From assembly GCA_964202905.1 (NCBI GenBank), contig CAXNJO010000004.1, positions 160,001-224,000 on the forward strand: 64,000 nt of DNA. The letters run 5' to 3'. This document shows, one piece after another, positions 60,167 to 64,000 of the stretch (its first letter is position 1; the number at the start of each line of letters is the position of its first letter). Below the pieces are notes generated by a model. The model did not search any database and was not told the origin of the DNA. It saw only the letters and a program-made list of their open reading frames with translations. A program made the translations under genes and the position numbers. Source of the DNA: Polyangiales bacterium (GTDB lineage Bacteria > Myxococcota_A > Polyangia > Polyangiales > JADJQN01).

Positions 60167-61890
60167 GCGTGACCCGCTCCGCGCGCGGCGTGTGGCAAAG
60201 CGCACCGCTCGCGGGGCTAGCCGTCGCGACCCTCCTCGGCTGCGGGCCCGAAGCGCCGACCGACCGGACGCCCGCGCCGCGCTCGTCGCTGCCCGCCGCG
60301 CCGGGGCCGATCGACGCGCTTACCCGACGTTTCTCGCGCCTGCGGCAGCGCCTCGCCGAGCGCGGGGAGGCACCTGCGTCCGGGCCTGCGCGCTGGTTCG
60401 TGCTCGAGGGCGAGGGGATCGAGGCGCCGCTGGACCTGCCGACGGATCGTTGCAGCACCCTCGTCGCGCTCGGGGGGGGCGGCCTGCGCGACCTGCGGCT
60501 CGCGCTCTACGACGGCGAGGGGCGCGAGATCGCCGTCGATGCGATCCCGGGGGAGGGCGCGCTCGTGCACGTGTGCCCGAGCAGCGACGCCGCGGCCCCG
60601 GCGTCGGACCACGCGCCGTATCACCTCGTCGCGACGAGTGAATCCGGTGCAGGTGCGCTCCTCGTCGCCGGATTCACGATCGACGCCGGGACGAGGCCGC
60701 GTTTCGACGGCGTCTTCGACGGACTCCTCGCGCCGCGGGTAGAGCGGGTCGTCGTCGAGGCGCGGCTGGCGCGCGCGCGGGAGCCGCTCGTCGCGCGGGG
60801 GCTCGTGCCGGAGTCGGCGCCCACGCTGGGGACGCTCGTCGAGGGCGGCACGCTCCGTCGCACCGAGGAGCTCTCGCCGGACCATTGCTACACGGTGGTC
60901 GCAGCCGCGACGGACGACCTCGTCGATGCCGACCTCTTCGTGTACGACCCGCAAGGTGCTGAGATCGCGCGCGAAATCGGCCGCGACGCGGCGCCCGCGC
61001 TCCAATTCTGCCCGCTCGAAGCGGGGCTCCACACGATCGAGGCCCGCGCCTTCGCCGGCTCGGGCGGGGTCGGACTCGAGCTGCTCCGAGGCCCGGCGCA
61101 GGTCGCCGCCTCCACCCCGGTGACCGACGCGTCGGACGAGCCCCCGGATGCCCGCAGCGCAGGGCTCGAGGACGCGGACATCGCCCCGGCGGCGGCGCTC
61201 GAACCCGTGCTCGCCTCGCTCACCGCGCGCGGCTACGGGCGGGCGACCCGCGTCGAAGGAGACGGCGCGATCGCCCCCGGCGACGAACGCACGCATGCCC
61301 TCGTCGCGCCCGCCGGCTGCGTCGTCGTGCTCGGCGCAGGCTCCGGGCGCGGTGCCGACCTCGACCTCACGCTCACCGATGCGCGGGGCGCGCCGCTGGC
61401 GCGCGACACCAGCGTCCAGACGGTCGCGCGGGCCGCGTTTTGTCAGCCAGGAGCGGGAACGGTCCACGCTACGGTGAAGGCCTACGGCCGGGCGGGGCAG
61501 TACGCGCTCGCGATGGTGTCCGCGCCGCGCGGCATCGGGACGCCCCAGGCCCTCCGTCTCGATGAGGCCCGCGCCTCGTTCGTCGGCCGCGGCTACCGCA
61601 GCGCGTCGACCAGCGCGATCACGCTGGCGCAGGGAGACCGACGCGCACTGCCGTTCAGCGTCCGCGGCGGGACGTGCGCGGCGCTCGCCGTCGCCGGCGA
61701 GCCCGGCCTCACCGACATCGACCTCTTCCTCCGTGACGCCGACGGGCGCCTGCTCGTCCGCGACTCGGGTCCGGCGCCGTTCGCGAGCGTGTCCCGATGC
61801 GCCGCCGGCGACGAGACGCTGCACGTCGAGGTCGTCGCGTACCGCGGCAGCGGGAGCGTCGCCGTCGAACGCCTCGAGGCAGAGCCATGA
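60163..61890 (+). CDS. Lipoprotein with four PPC-like two-Cys domains
   Basis: Lipobox LLGC; four C...DxDL...DxxG...C repeats. Confidence 0.75.
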   Translation: MSVTRSARGVWQSAPLAGLAVATLLGCGPEAPTDRTPAPRSSLPAAPGPIDALTRRFSRLRQRLAERGEAPASGPARWFVLEGEGIEAPLDLPTDRCSTLVALGGGGLRDLRLALYDGEGREIAVDAIPGEGALVHVCPSSDAAAPASDHAPYHLVATSESGAGALLVAGFTIDAGTRPRFDGVFDGLLAPRVERVVVEARLARAREPLVARGLVPESAPTLGTLVEGGTLRRTEELSPDHCYTVVAAATDDLVDADLFVYDPQGAEIAREIGRDAAPALQFCPLEAGLHTIEARAFAGSGGVGLELLRGPAQVAASTPVTDASDEPPDARSAGLEDADIAPAAALEPVLASLTARGYGRATRVEGDGAIAPGDERTHALVAPAGCVVVLGAGSGRGADLDLTLTDARGAPLARDTSVQTVARAAFCQPGAGTVHATVKAYGRAGQYALAMVSAPRGIGTPQALRLDEARASFVGRGYRSASTSAITLAQGDRRALPFSVRGGTCAALAVAGEPGLTDIDLFLRDADGRLLVRDSGPAPFASVSRCAAGDETLHVEVVAYRGSGSVAVERLEAEP

Positions 61891-63158
61891 GCCCGCAGGC
61901 GCGTCGACTCGCCGCGCTCGCCCTCTCGCTGATCGCGGGCGGCATCGCGTCGCGCGGCCGCGCCGACACCCTGACCACCGCGACCGACCCGCTCGGCGCC
62001 TGCATCGACGGCGCGCTCGCCGGCCTCGTCGCGCGCCCCGTCGCGGGCGTGTTCCTCGACGCGCCGGCGTCGAGGTCGCTCCCGATTCATCTCGAAGCAA
62101 CCGGATGTATTGGGTTTCTCGGCATCGGCCCCGAGCGCGTCCGGGGACTCGATCTCGGTCTGTACACCCCGTCGGGAACCCTGCTGGTGGCCGACGCGCC
62201 GCGCGACGGTCATCCCTACCTGCGCTTCTGCGGGGCAGCGGGGGTCGACCTGATCCTCGTCGTGCACGTCCGGACGGGGCGGGGCGAGGTCCGCGTGATG
62301 CGCATCGAGGACGCCCCTCCGGCGTTGGTCGATCTCGAGACGCGCCTCGATGCCTGCGCGATGCCGATCAGCGGCCTCCCGAGCACGCCCCCCGAACTCA
62401 GCCCCCCGCTTCCGGAGCGGCCGCTGACCGAGCAGCTCGGCGAAGCCGGCGCGCCCGACCGCGCCCTCGGCCGCGAGCCACTCGGCCCGCCCCTCACCGC
62501 GACGCTCGCAGAACATGCGTCCGTGCGACGGCCGCTCGAGCTCGGCGCCGCGGGTTGCTATGTCGTCGTCGGCCTCGGTGAAGGCGCGATCCATGCGCTC
62601 GGGCTCGGCCTCGACGACCCGGCGGGTCGAGGTGTCGCGGCGACGCTGGTGCGCGAACGCGCGGCGCGCCTCGAATTCTGCGTGCCCGCGCCGGGCCGGT
62701 GCGCGCTCCGGGTCCACGCAACGTCGGGACACGGCGAAGTCGGCGCGCAGCTCTTTCGCGTCCGGGAGCCTGAGGTGGAGCGCCCCGCGGGGCTCGAAGG
62801 CGGGGCCCGCGTGCGGTACGCGGAGGTCGCCGCGGTCTTGGCCAGGCGGGATCTGCCGGCCCGCCCGCTCGGCTGGGTGCAACTCGAGCCGGGCGAGGAG
62901 TTGCGGGTCCCCGTGCGCGTCGGGGGCGGCGCGTGTGTCGGCATCGCGGTGGTGCTGGCGGACTCGCCATCGACCGGCGGCGTCGAACTCGCGGTCGAGG
63001 GCGCGGACCAGCGCGTGCTCGCGTTCGGCACCGGGCAGGCGCCGGCGGGGTTCCTCTACGTCTGCGCCGAGCGGGACGAGCGCCTCCGCGTCCTCGCGCG
63101 GGCGTCCGGGACGGGGACGACGCGGGCCCTGCTCGTCGTGGGGGGGGGGGCGCCGTGA
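61887..63158 (+). CDS. Secreted protein with three PPC-like two-Cys domains
   Basis: Signal peptide MSPQARRLAALALSLIAGG; ATGA coupling; same repeat. Confidence 0.7.
   Translation: MSPQARRLAALALSLIAGGIASRGRADTLTTATDPLGACIDGALAGLVARPVAGVFLDAPASRSLPIHLEATGCIGFLGIGPERVRGLDLGLYTPSGTLLVADAPRDGHPYLRFCGAAGVDLILVVHVRTGRGEVRVMRIEDAPPALVDLETRLDACAMPISGLPSTPPELSPPLPERPLTEQLGEAGAPDRALGREPLGPPLTATLAEHASVRRPLELGAAGCYVVVGLGEGAIHALGLGLDDPAGRGVAATLVRERAARLEFCVPAPGRCALRVHATSGHGEVGAQLFRVREPEVERPAGLEGGARVRYAEVAAVLARRDLPARPLGWVQLEPGEELRVPVRVGGGACVGIAVVLADSPSTGGVELAVEGADQRVLAFGTGQAPAGFLYVCAERDERLRVLARASGTGTTRALLVVGGGAP
63140..63150 (+). repeat. G11 homopolymer
   Basis: Eleven consecutive G, ending 5 nt before the stop codon of 61887-63158. 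Confidence 0.9.
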
Positions 63159-64000
63159 GGCCGCATGCGGCGACGCTCGCGTTACTTCTCGCCGCGTGCG
63201 GTGCCCCCGCCCGCGCGCCGGTCGTCGCGCCCGCGGTGCAAAGCCCCCCCGCCCGCGTGCCGGACACGCTCGACGCGCGCAGCGAGGCGCTCGTGCAACG
63301 GCTCCGGGAAGCGGGCGGCTCGGGTCCGGTCGACAGGGCGCGTGGCTTTCTCGCTGAGCGCGAGCGCGCCACGCACGACGTGACGGTGCCCGCGGGTCAG
63401 TGCGCCACACTCACCGTGCTCGCCTCGCCGGGGCTGCGCGACATCGACGCCGCGCTCTTCACGCGCGAGGGCGACCCACTCGCCACGGACACCGCGCAGG
63501 ACCCGCACCCGACCGTGCAGGTCTGCGCCGCGCGCGCCGCGCCGCGCCGCGCCGCGCTCGTCCTGGTGGCGTACGCCGGCGCGGGCGCCTACACGCTCTC
63601 GAGTTTCACGAGTCCCCGCGCGGCGCTCCCCGCCCTCGCGCTCGCGGTCGGCGGCACCCCCGGCCGCGCGCCCGACCCGGACGACACGCACGGGGGCGAT
63701 GCGCGGCTGCGCGAGCTCACGTCCGGCGCGTTGCGTCGTGGCTTCGCGCCGCGCGGCCCAGTCCGCGACGTCTCCCTCGTCGCCGGGCAGCGCGTGTGGC
63801 TGCCAGTCCCGCTGGAGGCGGGCGCATGTGTTCTCGTGGCCGCCCTCTCCGGGGACGCGTCGTTCGACGTCGATGCCGCGCTCCTCGACGCAGACGGTGC
63901 GGAGCTCGCGCGCGACGTCGGCACCGGGCGGGACGCGCGTCTTCAGCTTTGCGCGGCGCAGACCGCCGACCTGACGCTGGTGCTCACCGCGGCGCATGGC
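63155..64000 (+). CDS. Lipoprotein with at least two PPC-like domains (runs off the window)
   Basis: Not in the ORF track. GTG start: MRPHAATLALLLAACGAP...QCATLTVLASPGLRDIDAALFTREG...VQVCA. Confidence 0.75.
   Translation, partial: MRPHAATLALLLAACGAPARAPVVAPAVQSPPARVPDTLDARSEALVQRLREAGGSGPVDRARGFLAERERATHDVTVPAGQCATLTVLASPGLRDIDAALFTREGDPLATDTAQDPHPTVQVCAARAAPRRAALVLVAYAGAGAYTLSSFTSPRAALPALALAVGGTPGRAPDPDDTHGGDARLRELTSGALRRGFAPRGPVRDVSLVAGQRVWLPVPLEAGACVLVAALSGDASFDVDAALLDADGAELARDVGTGRDARLQLCAAQTADLTLVLTAAHG

Overview
Very GC-rich chromosomal segment whose gene content (Ser/Thr kinase, PP2C, many Cys-rich lipoproteins with DAG-repeat linkers) suggests a Myxococcota (Polyangiales/Sandaracinus-like) genome; this taxonomy is inferred. 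From left to right: (1) <1-5772, minus strand: a RiPP-like operon of formyltransferase, lasso-B2-type peptidase, PqqD/RRE, nucleotidyltransferase, HPr-kinase-like protein, sulfotransferase, a 57-aa precursor missing from the ORF track (lasso-type leader, but a Ser/Gly/Thr core with no Asp/Glu) and a radical SAM enzyme cut by the window edge. (2) About 5.9-33.2 kb: a Wzx/Wzy/Wzc surface-polysaccharide locus with sulfo-, methyl- and carbamoyl-transferases and nucleotide-sugar enzymes. (3) About 33-45.6 kb: mixed genes, including a degenerate family-4 UDG followed by acidic-BNR, HEAT/TPR and SWIM-like proteins, and a UshA-like tetraheme lipoprotein. (4) rpsP-khpA-rimM-trmD-SPOUT methyltransferase-(bcp)-rplS. 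(5) 49.6-56.9 kb: a sulfur operon led by a CymR-like regulator, with cysK, an apparently split two-gene E1/MoeB, a ubiquitin-like sulfur carrier, cysM, a JAB peptidase, aprAB and larE. (6) A Ser/Thr kinase followed by four exported proteins built from one repeated two-Cys domain. Three genes carry single frameshifts, probably assembly errors. I found no rRNA, tRNA, CRISPR array or mobile element. All calls come from reading motifs by eye; no database searches were run.
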